Shown here in pieces: positions 51,801-63,861 of a DNA stretch of 64,000 nt (positions are counted from its first letter, which is position 1; each line of letters starts with the position of its first letter). Both the position numbers and the translations under genes were made by a program. Under the pieces are notes generated by a model that had not been told where the DNA came from, did no database searches, and saw only the letters and a program-made list of their open reading frames with translations. This DNA comes from Phoronis australis (taxonomy: Eukaryota; Animalia; Phoronida): NCBI GenBank assembly GCA_002633005.1, contig NMRA01000228.1:8676-72675 (forward strand), written 5' to 3'.

Positions 51801-54800
51801 CTGGCTGTATCCGTCACTCCTGCATTAGCGCCACCTTCTGTGAACTCTCGCTATTTTATGCCAAGCACCGTAAGCATTTCGGGTATTTTGGACTTCGTTG
51901 CTAGAAGGACCTTGCCTACACCTGAGATAAAGAAATTGAACGGGGATGCAGACCAGTACCGCCAGTTCATCAAGGCGTTTGAAGTTCGCATAGAAAGCAA
52001 GCTGGATTCCGAGATTGATAAACTTTATTATCTAGAGCAGTATACCTCAGGAGATGCGAATGAACTTGTGCGAAGCTGTTTACACATGCCAACGGACAAT
52101 GGGTACGCCTTGAAAGACATTAATCAATTAATCCAACTTGATCATCCCAAAAATCTTCAAAAACTCATGTCAAAAATGCCTGCGCCTTTGCAAAATAGAT
52201 GGCGGCACGAGGCCAGTAAGATTCGCGGCAGATTTACTAAGGATTTTGTGAACTTTGTTTGTGATGAGTCCTTCATTTTTTCTGACCCAGTATTCAGTAA
52301 GCGACCAACTGGTAAATTAGAGGTGAACATTACCCAGCACCAAACTGTCTCTTGCATATACTGTAACAGCAACCATCGCATAGATGTTTGTAACGCCTTG
52401 TGTGCGAAACCTTACAAGGAAAGACGACAATTTGTGATTGAACGGAAATTATGTTTCGGTTGTTTAAAACCCGGATATTTTTCAAAAAATTGTAGATCCA
52501 AAGGACAATGCAAAAAATGCAACAAACGACACCCAACCATACTGCACATCGGCGGGTTTGAAGTTCCCAAACGGCAACCCGCAGCAGCCAAACAGAACAA
52601 GCGACAAGATGACGCTCAACAAGAACGCCGAGATGCGACCACGAACACAGAATTAAGTGACCGTGGAGATGATTGCAGGGGTACATTCGCCACTACGTCA
52701 TACAACACTACAGCAATGATGCTGATCATACCTGTGCGCATCAAAAAGGTGGATTCCGAAGACAGCATCGCCACCTATGCCTTCCTTGAGAGTGGTTCGT
52801 AAGGCTGTTTTGCGACAAATGATCTGTTAAATCAATTGAATGTGAATGGTGTGCCGAGCAAGCTTCAGCTCACAACCATGCACGGACAATCAGAGGCTGA
52901 AACGGAGGCAGTCACTGGACTGCAGGTAGAGGATTTGACTGGCCAAAACGTTACAAACCTCCCTGCTGTATACGCCCGCGACGAGATTCCTATATCTCGA
53001 GAAGGAATTACCACCGCTCAAGATGTGGTCAAGTGGTCTTATTACCTCATATAGATATTCCAGATGACCACTCTGATGTTGACATCGGCCTTCTTATAGG
53101 CAGTAACTGCGCCAATGCGACTGAACCACTACAGGTTGTGCCAGGCAGAGACGGTGGCCCATACGCGGTGTTGACTCGGCTCGGATGGTTGATCATCGGT
53201 CCCGTTTCCATAGCACTGCAGAACTTGTCAACGCGTGTTATTTCGTGTAACTATGTGTTTATGACGGAAAACCTAACCACAGAAATGACTAGACAACTGT
53301 CAATATACGACCACATGAAGGATGTCAGTCAAAGCCAGCTCCTTCAGAAATTATTCAAATACGAGTTTTGCGAATACGCTACTAACGAGAAGGACGACGC
53401 CGTCTACTCCCAAGACGACAGATGATTCATACATGTTGTGAATCGAGGCGTTCAGCATGCAGATGGTCATTGCCCTTTCGAGAGGGAAGTGATACTCTCC
53501 CGAACAACCGAGAGATAGCCCAATCGAGAGCAAGAGGCCTTAAAAGAAAGTTGTTGAGCAACTCCACCTATCAACAAGATTATGAAACCTTCATGAACGA
53601 CATTCTGAGCAAAGGCTACGCTCGTAAAGTACCTCCCGACCAGAAACCTATGGAAGGCAAAGTATGGTACATCTCGCACCACGGTGTTTACAACTCCAAT
53701 AAACCAGGCAAAGTACGGGTTGTATTTGACTGCAGCGCCAAATGCCAGGGGAAAGCGCTAAACGACTGCCTTCTATCTGGGCCAAATTTAACCAATTCTA
53801 TTGTTGGTGTGCTTACAAGGTTCCGGGAAGAGAGTCGTAGTCATGATGGACCTAGAGGCCATGTTTCATCAAGTGTGTGTACCGCCACACGACTGGGACT
53901 ATTTTCGCTTTCTTTGGTGGCCAGATGGTAATTACAGCGCTGAGCCAGAAGATTTCCAGATGGTTGTCTATCTCTTTGGCACATCGTCATCGCCCAGTTG
54001 TGCTAATTTTGCACTGCGCAAGACAGCAGATGATTTTGCGTACGATCCAGTGGTTTGCCACTAGGAGGCGCCACAGTAGTTGACGTCATCGGAAAATCAT
54101 CATCAGCCATCCTCTTCATAGTAAGAACATACATGCCAATTTTCACAATTATCATTAGAACGGTTTGGTTGATAGAGGGGTGGACGCCAAAAAACAGACT
54201 CGAAAACAGTAACAAGAGCAACGCAGAGCGTTGAAATGCGCCCACAATTGCACCGTATACAGTATTCTTCTAGGGTTGTTTATTGGTACCATGAAGTGGC
54301 CAGTAGAGGGCATATATGTAGTATGTTGTACTTTGCAAAATGGAAAGGCATGGTCATTGTCTCCTCAATAGGCTAAGGGGCAAAATGTGAGTGATCTTCA
54401 TAATACAAGCACATCCTATACATCAGTTGCTTAAAGCATCACAGAAACATAGAATTAAAAAAAAAATTACCAACATACGAGATTAGCACAGCATTAGAAT
54501 GCCAGAAACAAATTTCTACTTGGAACTTTTCCTTCATAGTCACGAAGTAACACAAAGTANNNNNNNNNNNNNNNNNNNNNNNNNNNNNNNNNNNNNNNNN
54601 NNNNNNNNNNNNNNNNNNNNNNNNNNNNNNNNNNNNNNNNNNNNNNNNNNNNNNNNNNNNNNNNNNNNNNNNNNNNNNNNNNNNNNNNNNNNNNNNNNNN
54701 NNNNNNNNNNNNNNNNNNNNNNNNNNNNNNNNNNNNNNNNNNNNNNNNNNNNNNNNNNNNNNNNNNNNNNNNNNNNNNNNNNNNNNNNNNNNNNNNNNNN

Positions 54801-57800
54801 NNNNNNNNNNNNNNNNNNNNNNNNNNNNNNNNNNNNNNTACATACCAAATTTCATGAAAATCCGTTCAGGACTTTTGAAGATACAAAGGTAAGCGTAAAA
54901 AACTAAAATTGCCACTAGGGGGCACACCGGTAGTCGGATCCGTCCAAAAGTCGTCATGTTTCGTTGTTACCATCATATAAATATACTTACACAATTTCGT
55001 AAAGATCCTGCGAACGGCTTAGGAGATACAGCCATAGGCAAAAAAAAACAAAACTGCCACTAGGAGGTGCCACAGTAGTCCAAATTGTCTGAAAATCATC
55101 GTCAACCGTCCTCTACATAGTAAGCATATACATGCCAATTTTCACAATCATCCTTTGAGCGGTTTGGTTGACAGAGGGGTGGACGCAAAAAACAGACTCG
55201 AAAACACTAAAAATGGCCACTAGGTGGCACAAACTATGTCGAATCCATCTGAAAATGGGAGGATAGCGTCATCTTACTAATAGGTGCCTACATACCAAAT
55301 TTCATGAAAATCCGTTCAGGACTTTTGAAGATACAAAGGTAAGCGTAAAAAACTAAAATTGCCACTATGGGGCACACCGGTTGTCAGATCCGTCCGAAAG
55401 TTCGCACATGCCGTCCCATTCATGAATGGAACATATGTGCCAAATTTCATGAACGTATGTCAAAGGGTTTTGAAGATAGAGCTGCGGACGCCGAACGGAC
55501 GCCGCCCGTACGGACGGACGGATGGAGATGACGGCATAATGCGTCCACATATAAATATGTGGGCACATAAAAATGGCCACTACATGGTGCAAACTACATC
55601 AAATCCGTTCAAAAACGGGAGAATAGCGTCATCTCACTAATAGATGTCTATATGCCAAATTTTATGACAATATGTTGTGGATCTAGGGGGCACACCAGAA
55701 CTCGGATCTGTCTGAAAGTTTGCTCATGCCGTTCCATCCATGAAAGGAACATAACTACGTGCAAAATTTCATGAAGATGCGTCAAACATTTTTGGAGCTA
55801 GACCAGCGGACGCCAGACGCCGGACAGACGTCACCCGGACGGGCGCCGCCTCGACAGGCGCCGCCTCGACAGGCGCCGCCTGGACGGAGATATAAGTATG
55901 TGGGCACATAAGAAATTGCCAACGAAACGCTATGCAACCATTGTCAGCTGCATGTGACTTTAAAGGTACTGAAAGCAACTCACCATTGTGTACAATGCGA
56001 ACATTACAAGCATCAATTGCGAAACCAAAAAAAAAATAATTCGACTATCAGGGTACTCGAAACTTTTTACTTTAGTAAATAAAACACATAATAATGCATG
56101 TGCAAATACTACTAAATTTGAATGTTTTAAAATGTGAGAAATTTTAACAAAACTTCAATATTCAAATCACTGTCTTAAAATTGAATACAATGTATTACTA
56201 AGTGCTGTTGTGTGTCATGTTTTTAAAGCACCGTTGAGTCAGTGGCCATGTATGCACAAATGATACTTTTTGTGGTAATACTACTAAAAAGCTATAAATT
56301 TTAAATTACTAGTTACACACAGTTGTATGCTGATATTTTGCCAAAATCCAATTTTTACGGTAACTACACGTTAAGTAAAACAATCAGTTTTAATCAAATA
56401 CAACTTCTGATAGAAACGACATCTCTCCCATGACGTGACAACGGGTAACCTAGTTTCAGTGTATGAGTCACCTGCACTGTAGTGGACTATATCTTTTAAC
56501 ATGAGGTTTGCTTACGAACAATAGGAATAGTGAATATGGTTAATTTCCACTTTATTAACTTTGAGGTACATTCCCCTCATGAAGAACCCACTACTGGGAA
56601 GGTTAATGTCACTAACAATCAACTCTGGTAACGGGGAACTTCACTTGCGCTCCGTCGTCATGACGGGGCATAACGGGTCATTTGTTTGTCTTTTGTCTCG
56701 TACTGCCCACAAATCTTTCTGAAAATAGGTGGGTGTCACCCTATCCTCAACAAGAAAATACAAGTCATGTTTCACAAAGGTCAGTTTTAGATAAAAAGAA
56801 GCAAAACATTGCAGTTAAGAAGCATAGCATTTTACACTTTAGTCATTTTTATTAAAAAATTGATGAATATTAACACCTTCCCTTCGTAGACACAAGTTTA
56901 CTAAGTTTCACCAACTTACTTCAAAATTTTCAGTTGGTAGGCTGATGCTGGGTGCCAAAACAGATGATGGCGGCATGCACTGAGATACATATATATGAAC
57001 AGGTACATGACAAAAACAGCTGCAGAGAAGAATGCCAGATCGTTTTGTATCACAAGACATACTTACCAAACAGGGAAAGTGCCGTCAGGTTTTTTGTGTA
57101 GTATATTTTCTCTAAAGAACTCGTAAAATCCCATTCTAAATCCAGTGTAAACTGCAAAAGAAATGTGAAACATTTTCACAAAATATCAATGATGTGACTG
57201 CTAAGAATGCTCACAAACTGAGAAGGAAAGAGAGTGACATGATATTACTGTAACCCAAGAGTCACGCATCCCATCGTTATTAACTCATTTGTATTTCAGA
57301 TTATGAAACTACGAAATGTCCCATATAATACACTCACGGTTTAACATGGTTTGAAAGTCTTGAAATACACGATCATCATAAATAAAACATTCAATTAACA
57401 GAAGAAGAAGTATTGGAGAACCGCCGTGAACGTGAAGCGAAGGAAATGGACTAGATGGACACTTGTGACCGATTGGATGACTTGTCATGGTACAAGTGCA
57501 TGAACTGCAGAGTAATGGAAAATACCGAAGCTTGTGATTGGCGTTATGAAATTCGAGAAAACTGAAATAGAATGGCTTTTTAGGAAAAAACGATGGACGT
57601 GTGTGACGGACGACCCGGATTTTAACCTGAGGTGATATCCGTCACTGTAATCACTGTCGACAAAATGCTGTCTGCAAACACGTAGCTAATTCACTATGTC
57701 ATATTTAATGTTGACTGGAAACCTTTCGTTTTTAACCGCCACAAGTCACATCCGAAACATTTCGGAATCTCAAGGCAGCCGAAAAAATGACATCCTCGCT

Positions 57801-57864
57801 TTCCTCGCAGCTTCATGATCCACACAACCAAGAACGATATACCAAACCAGAGCACAGTCCAGCG

Positions 57865-57920
<56 letters not shown>

Positions 57921-59384
57921 CGTAAGATGCGATGACATCATCACATAGTGTGCTCACCTTCCACACCAGTTAATGTGACACCTATCGGGTCAGTAAGATC
58001 GACCAAGTATGAGGTAATGTAGATACTGACTGATTAAAACATTGAAAAACAAATTAAATAAATCGAGTGGCATTAGCCTAATACCATTACATACAAAAAC
58101 AAACGGTTCACCAAATTTGTTTCGATTTGAGCATTTTTGCAGTGCATACCAGCATACCAATACGCATATTTTGGGTATGGTATGCAGGAATGTAATTTTT
58201 TTGCAATAGACTATTTCTGTAACAGGTGAATGGGAAGCAACGTTTTCTTTTACTCACCAGACAGAGCTGCGTAAATTTTATAATTATGCTTTACCCTGCT
58301 GGAGCCTAGAGGAAATCTTTATCCTACATTATCCTTTTTACCTCTGCAGTATCTACCTATCATATTTATTCACTGTAAACATGGTTGATGCACTTTCATG
58401 ATCTTTAGCAGTGTTTCTTGAAGATGTAGACTTACCCACTTGGCGAGTAAGAGCAGGACTTAAACCTTGCCATAGTTTTAACAATCCTTCTTCTTGCACT
58501 AGAATTAGAAAATAAAATGGGAGCCACAATGATTAATGAAGAGTTTATATAGAATGTATTTTCATGCTCCTAACTATGCTAATGTTTAGCAGGAACTAAA
58601 TGACAATGCTATTTGAACACCATCTAAGCTAAACAAAGTGCAGTGTTGTATTCATTGACAACTTGCAAGTGTGAAAACAAAAAATGCTGCAAATAGGTGA
58701 CCTTTGCACTAATGACTATCCTTGGGGACTTGCATAACCCACATCATGCAGTGTTATTCGTCAACACCATGTCACAATTGAATTTACTGGACATGGTTAA
58801 GGCGTATCATTTTCCACGCAAAACTTGTTCTTAAGAACATTTGGCAATTTTCAACCTACTTCATATTCACATCGTCGCTATGTGTTGTGTTTCTAACAAA
58901 TTATACCAAGCAATCGCAGAGACAAGGAATTAGCTTGCAAGTTCCACTTTAAAGGTAAAAAAGTCAAAAAAACTCGAGAGTTATATAATATCGATGAACC
59001 CAAACAGCAGATTATCTCTTTTTACTGAATTTAGACAGGACCCATTCACTGAGTTATGCATTTAAAATTATTGTCAAAAGGCTGAAAACTGAAAAACCTG
59101 ATTTTAGCCAATTTAAGACTAGTCACGATGAAGCAGTCTCCAACAATGCACTTAAAAATTGCCAAGTGTAGTAATGAAAAATAGAGATGCCATTTTAGGC
59201 AATATCTGAACATTGCATTTTTAAGAAATCCACAAGATTTGCCAAACTAAATACCCTCTCAAGCATTAAAGCTCACCTATGCCTAGGGCAGTACGAACCA
59301 TTCTTCTTTGTTCATGTTTGGGCACGGATTTGACTTCACCTTGTATTTGTAGCCTGGTCTTGGTCAAGTCAAGAGGATAAGTGA
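42784..59384 (-). CDS. SLC25A27: Mitochondrial uncoupling protein 4, 5'-incomplete (9 exons in window)
   Basis: Exons 59384-59277, 58498-58436, 57151-57067, 50299-50177, 48963-48851, 46192-46108, 45480-45391, 43988-43886, 42855-42784. Three Px[DE]xx[KR] signatures; UCP4-typical [52 protein letters not shown]. Confidence 0.95.
43886..43988 (-). CDS. SLC25A27: UCP4 exon
   Basis: [35 protein letters not shown]. Confidence 0.95.
44735..44895 (-). mobile_element. End of Tc1/pogo-type MITE (family of 22485-22643)
   Basis: GGGCGTTAACCCGAACGTTTACGG|TA with GGGCGGTTAA repeats. Confidence 0.8.
45391..45480 (-). CDS. SLC25A27: UCP4 exon
   Basis: [30 protein letters not shown]. Confidence 0.95.
46108..46192 (-). 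CDS. SLC25A27: UCP4 exon
   Basis: [28 protein letters not shown]. Confidence 0.94.
46518..48157 (+). mobile_element. Old Helentron/DINE-like non-autonomous repeat
   Basis: Starts ACAAGA; recurrent CCAAATTTCA-type cores; degenerate 3' hairpin resembling 55541-55572. Confidence 0.5.
48851..48963 (-). CDS. SLC25A27: UCP4 exon
   Basis: [38 protein letters not shown]. Confidence 0.95.
49145..49330. repeat. Near-perfect ~72-bp inverted repeat
   Basis: Arms 49145-49216 and 49258-49330 differ by a 1-nt indel; A/T-rich spacer. Confidence 0.95.
50177..50299 (-). CDS. SLC25A27: UCP4 exon
   Basis: [41 protein letters not shown]. Confidence 0.95.
50700..54050 (+). mobile_element. BEL/Pao LTR retrotransposon, degenerate and 3'-truncated, antisense in a UCP4 intron
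   Basis: Gag [13 protein letters not shown] and triple Cys/His knuckle ([29 protein letters not shown]); protease site FLESGS; [50 protein letters not shown]; stops and frameshifts. Candidate 5' LTR TG..CA at 50700-51103 is less certain. Confidence 0.93.
54055..55912 (+). mobile_element. Helentron/DINE-like non-autonomous repeat with tandem ~150-bp cores
   Basis: Repeated CCAAATTTCATGAAAATCCG cores, (GACG)n tract, 3' hairpin GTCCACATA-TAAA-TATGTGGGC then ACATAAAAA; spans N-gap 54560-54838. Confidence 0.7.
57067..57151 (-). CDS. SLC25A27: UCP4 exon
   Basis: [28 protein letters not shown]. Confidence 0.93.
57395..57850. mobile_element. KolobokP-like relic: P2X7-ballast/KolX-like fragment (+) converging on a THAP domain (-)
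   Basis: Plus 57395-57630: [42 protein letters not shown]. Minus 57850-57640: [28 protein letters not shown]. Confidence 0.75.
57865..57918. repeat. (CA)n microsatellite
   Basis: Seen directly. Confidence 0.98.
58436..58498 (-). CDS. SLC25A27: UCP4 exon
   Basis: [21 protein letters not shown]; ttctag / GTAAGT. Confidence 0.93.
59277..59384 (-). CDS. SLC25A27: UCP4 exon
   Basis: [35 protein letters not shown]; ttttag / GTGAGC. Confidence 0.93.
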
Positions 59385-59543
59385 CTAAAAAATAAAACAA
59401 CAACTATTACATTGTGTCCAATAAGAATCAAGCTTTTGTCAACTGATGGTGAACACTCGTCACGTACCATTCCCCTGAACTGTTCAAACCAAGAAATTTC
59501 CAACCTCACGACCTGATCTAGTGTCACGTTCGATTAAACTTAA

Positions 59544-60443
59544 AGGCGAAGGCAACCTTTTTTCATGTCTTTTTTAGCAAAAATAAGGTTCGTTGGTTAT
59601 CCCAAAAATATTTTCCCCTTAATTACAGCTTTTCGTAATTTGATTAATTATTTGTTCACTGCTCCAGAAGTGACGTTTTGGGAGGCAAGAATTTCCAGCC
59701 TATTTCTTTTTGTATAGTCTGACTGTGAGAGCTGCCCAGTCAGTCATTTTTCTATCTCGCGGTTTTGATAAGTTCGGTTATCGTGTGCTTTTGTTTGCGA
59801 GTCAGTCAACATGCCACGCTGTTGCTGCGTACCGGGACGTACTCATTATCGTCCCACGGACAGAGGAACAACTGTCCCACTTGGCCGAGTGTCCGCGACA
59901 CACTCCCACTGATAGTGACTTGAGCACGCAAACTGCTTACACCCTGCCGTGGGACACCCTCGCCACATACCTGGCACCTTCTAAATAGCTTCAATACTTA
60001 AGACAAGTCCACAATAAACTTATCAAAGTTTGGCTCACTGATCAGTTCATTGAACGACGAACTGTCCTCTTCACTGGGTGTCGAATGGGGCCTACTAGAA
60101 CTTAATATCGCAGCAGGGCTGCTTACAGGCTTTGGGCCATAATGAGTACATCCCGGTAGGCAGCAACAGTGTGGCATGTTGACTGACTAGTAAACAAAAG
60201 CAAACGACGACTGAACTTATGACAACCGAGGTAGATCTATGACTGACTCGTCAACGCTCATATAGTCAGACTACGGGAAAAGAAATTGGCGCGAAATCCT
60301 TGCCTCCTAAAACGTCACTTCCAGACTAGAAAACGATAAATTAATCAAATTACGAAAAGCTGTAATTAAGTGGAAAATATGTCTGGGATAATCAACGAAC
60401 CTTATTTTTGCTAAAATGACATGAAAATAGGTTGCCTTCGCCT
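59544..60443. mobile_element. Kolobok non-autonomous element with ~300-bp inverted arms
   Basis: TTAA|AGGCGAAGGCAACC ... GGTTGCCTTCGCCT|TTAA. THAP starts on both arms; central transposase fragment on the minus strand. Confidence 0.9.
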
Positions 60444-61564
60444 TTAACAAACAAGCCAGTTGTGTCGCTACCCAATGCTGTGGTAGTAAGCTGGTCAGAG
60501 CTTACAGTCACATAAAGGCATCAGCAGGTGAAAGTTGTCTAACTTCTCTGCAAGTCAGCAGTTTTTTTCTGTTTCAAATTTTTTGGTGATAGTATTTCAC
60601 ACAAAACAAATCTTCTTCATGACATTTGTCGAACGCCGTTTGTAAATAGCACTACTACTTTTAAATATTGGTAAGCATCAGGCGTGCTGTTTACAACATA
60701 ATTGCTAGAATACATGAGCTTATCAGATGAACACAGACAATGAAAGCAGTCGATTATGTAAACATTGGTATGCCAACTTTCTCCCCTTGCTATCACTATC
60801 AAACTGATAACGACACAGCCGTAACCCAAGTTCCCACATCTGCGAAATTGGGAAACTCACCCGACAGCTCGGGAACATAACCTTTTTTCAAGTTGTGTAA
60901 GACCTTATCAAAAAGTCAATGTAGCTCCATACCATAAAACCATATACAACGAAAAGTTAAGACCCAGTGAAAATTGATATTTTACAATCTGCCATCAACT
61001 GGGTCACCTGATCAAATGTTTTAGTAAAATTTAGCAAAACATGAACTAAGAACATTATGTATCAAGAAATCCAGTTTCATATAAATGTTCAGCATAAAAC
61101 ATCAGAAACACTGTTACAGTTTTCTAAAATATCATTCACTTTATTTTCATACCATGCAAATTTTGAGTTTTTTCATTAAAATCATAAAAGTCCTGCATCA
61201 TCGCTTTCGCCAATGTCATACCCACGTAGCAATTAACGCTGCAAATCATAGCCAGGGGACCATGTGCCCCGCATATTGTAAAAACGCATGTCCCAACAGT
61301 GGATTTTTATGTTTGATTAAAATGAAATGCAGTAGAACCCATCACAATATGAACTGGGATAGGAGACAAAGTCACACCTGAGATACAGCTTAAAAATCAA
61401 ATCGGAAAAGGACAGACGAAATTAAAATGAGTGACCCAGAGTTTTGGGTCTCTGGGAATCATTTGACAGGCAAGTTTATCTAAAATCATCCCTGTGCTGG
61501 TGCTGCTCTTGATAGTAACATATTCTGAGGTTTTGCAACCAATTTGAAATTTTATCTACTTCAC

Positions 61565-63861
61565 TTCACAGTAGGAACATAGTGCATGCCAATTTCCACA
61601 ATCATCCTTAGAGTGGTTTGGTTGACAGAGGGGCGGACCCCAAAACCAGACTAGAAAACAATAAAAATGACCACTAGGTGGTGCAAAATACCTTGAATCA
61701 ATCCGAAAATGAATGGATAGCGTCATCTCAACAAAAGATGCCTAACTGCCAAATTTTATGGAAATACGTTGAGGACCTTTGAATATTCAGCGGTAAACGT
61801 AAAAAAAATTGCCACTAGGAAGCACACCGGTAGTCCAATCTGTCTGAAAGTCGTCGTTGTCCGATGTCGTATTAATACATTTGCTAAATTTAATAAAGAC
61901 CCTGTAGAGCCATGGGCACAAAAACAAACAAAACTGCCACTAGGAGGTGCCACAGTATTCAAACTCGTCGGAAAATCAATGTCAGCCTTCTTCTTCACAG
62001 TAAGAACATATAGACCTAATTCACGCCGACAGAGGTTCGCTACGATAGGTCTGTTGGCTTATCGGTATACTGGGCTGTATTCCGTGTTGCTCGAACGTCC
62101 AGAAAAATTACGAACACTCAACTGTCTGTTTTACAATCCCTAAGGACGTTGATATTAGGAAGCGTTGGGTCGTTGCCAAAAGCCGCGACGAAGGAAAATA
62201 TGTCCGTATAAAATTTATAAATGTTTTCGAAAAGTTAGATCATATTTTGTCGCATCTCGGTTGCCGACTGGAGCATCATAGCACTGACGACCAGAGAACC
62301 TTCGGCCAGCCAGGCTGTGTTTTTATGACTACGGGTTGAAACATGATGCATTTTTCATTCCAACAACGACAGGGCCCTCAATACCTCGATTTTGGGGCCG
62401 AATATCGGCCCTATTCCCCTCTCCGGCAAAAATATTGAAAAATCCACCGAAATTCCCACACAAGGTCTAAACATTCTATGCCCTAATGATTGAAAAGTTC
62501 TCTCCGAAGTTCAAATCACCTGTAATCACACAGGTGACACTTTGAAAGAGCACAAAAATGCTACTTGAGACAGAGCCTATGAGAGCTTACAGGTAGATTT
62601 TTCCCCTCACTCGGTGAAAAAATTCCTTCTCAGAAGGCACAGGCACCGTTCCCCAGGATGCACGAGGCCCCTGAAAAAGCAAGATAACTATGCCTGCTCT
62701 GTCCACAAAATTGACCTCTAAGAAACGAGGTTGTGCTTTGGACGAACGAATTAGGTGTTTTCATTTTAAAATTCAACTTGGCCCAGATTGATATTTGAAA
62801 TCTTACACATGAGACGTAAGAATTATTAAAACTAAGAAAGCAGAATTGATGGTCAAATAATTTTTATTTTCAATTATGAGCCTGTTTTTTATTTTAATAG
62901 AAAATATTTAATAACATCAATTATTCTTTCAGATCAATGACAAATCAACTGTTAGTCCGGGTAGTCCCTACCTCACCAGGACCTAGGTTATTGATGTTCA
63001 TATTCTTGATCAACAAATTAACCAGATGTGACCAATTGACAGCAATACAAGCAGATGACCTGGTGCGTGTAGAAAGCATTTTTATCAACAATTTATAAGA
63101 AGAAACGTAACCATGAATTCAGCATAATATCTGATCTGTAATATGATCGCCGCAGTTTGGTCATATTTACTTTTCAGGTTTCGAACCTAGTTTTCTGAAA
63201 AAAAAACTTAATACCCTTTCATCAGACAACTCTTTGGTGCATTGACTTGTTCTCTAACGTATTTTTCTATGTCTCTGTGGTTAATTATCGACACATTTTT
63301 ACGATTTAATATCCAGGTTGGACTCGAAAGACCGGCCATTTAACTCACGCAATGTCAACTTCCGCTTTGTTTATCGCAGTGAGCCTCGCTTTGGATTTTA
63401 ATGTCTGCCGCGTGAATTAGGTCTATATACCAATTTTCACAATCATCCTTAGAGTGCTGTGGTTGACAGGAGGGCAGACACCAAAAAACAGACTTGAAAA
63501 CAGTAAAAATGGCCACAAGGTGGCGCATGGCGCAAAATACCTCGAATCCGTCCCAAAATGGGAGGATAGCATCATCTCACTAATAGATACCTAACTGTTA
63601 AATTTTATGAAAGTCGGTTAAGGACTTCCGAAGATACAGAGGTAAGCATCAAAAACTAAAATTGCCACTAGGGGGCACACCTGTAGTTGGATAGGTCCTA
63701 AATTTGTTGTCACTCGTTGTCAGCTTCATAGGAACACATTTGCCAAATCTCATCAAGGTTCTGTGAGGGGTTTACGTCATGATACAGCTGCAGACGCCGG
63801 ACGCCCAGACAGAGATGATGGCAATATGCATCCACATACAAACATATGTGGCTGCATAAAA
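61565..63861 (+). mobile_element. Helentron/DINE-like repeat (same family as 54055-55912), split by an insertion
   Basis: 61565-62010 and 63426-63861 join to restore AGTAAGAACATA..CCAATTTTCACAATCATCC; 3' hairpin at ~63830-63856. Confidence 0.75.
62011..63425 (+). mobile_element. TIR DNA transposon relic with THAP remnant (ISL2EU/Harbinger-like)
   Basis: TAGACCTAATTCACGC / GCGTGAATTAGGTCTA, TA-flanked. CIPCCSN..FTIPKDVDIRKRWVVAKSRDEG at 62076-62195. Confidence 0.8.

Noticed and set aside
54439-54957. ORFs spanning the N-gap
   Set aside because: Artefacts of translating Ns.
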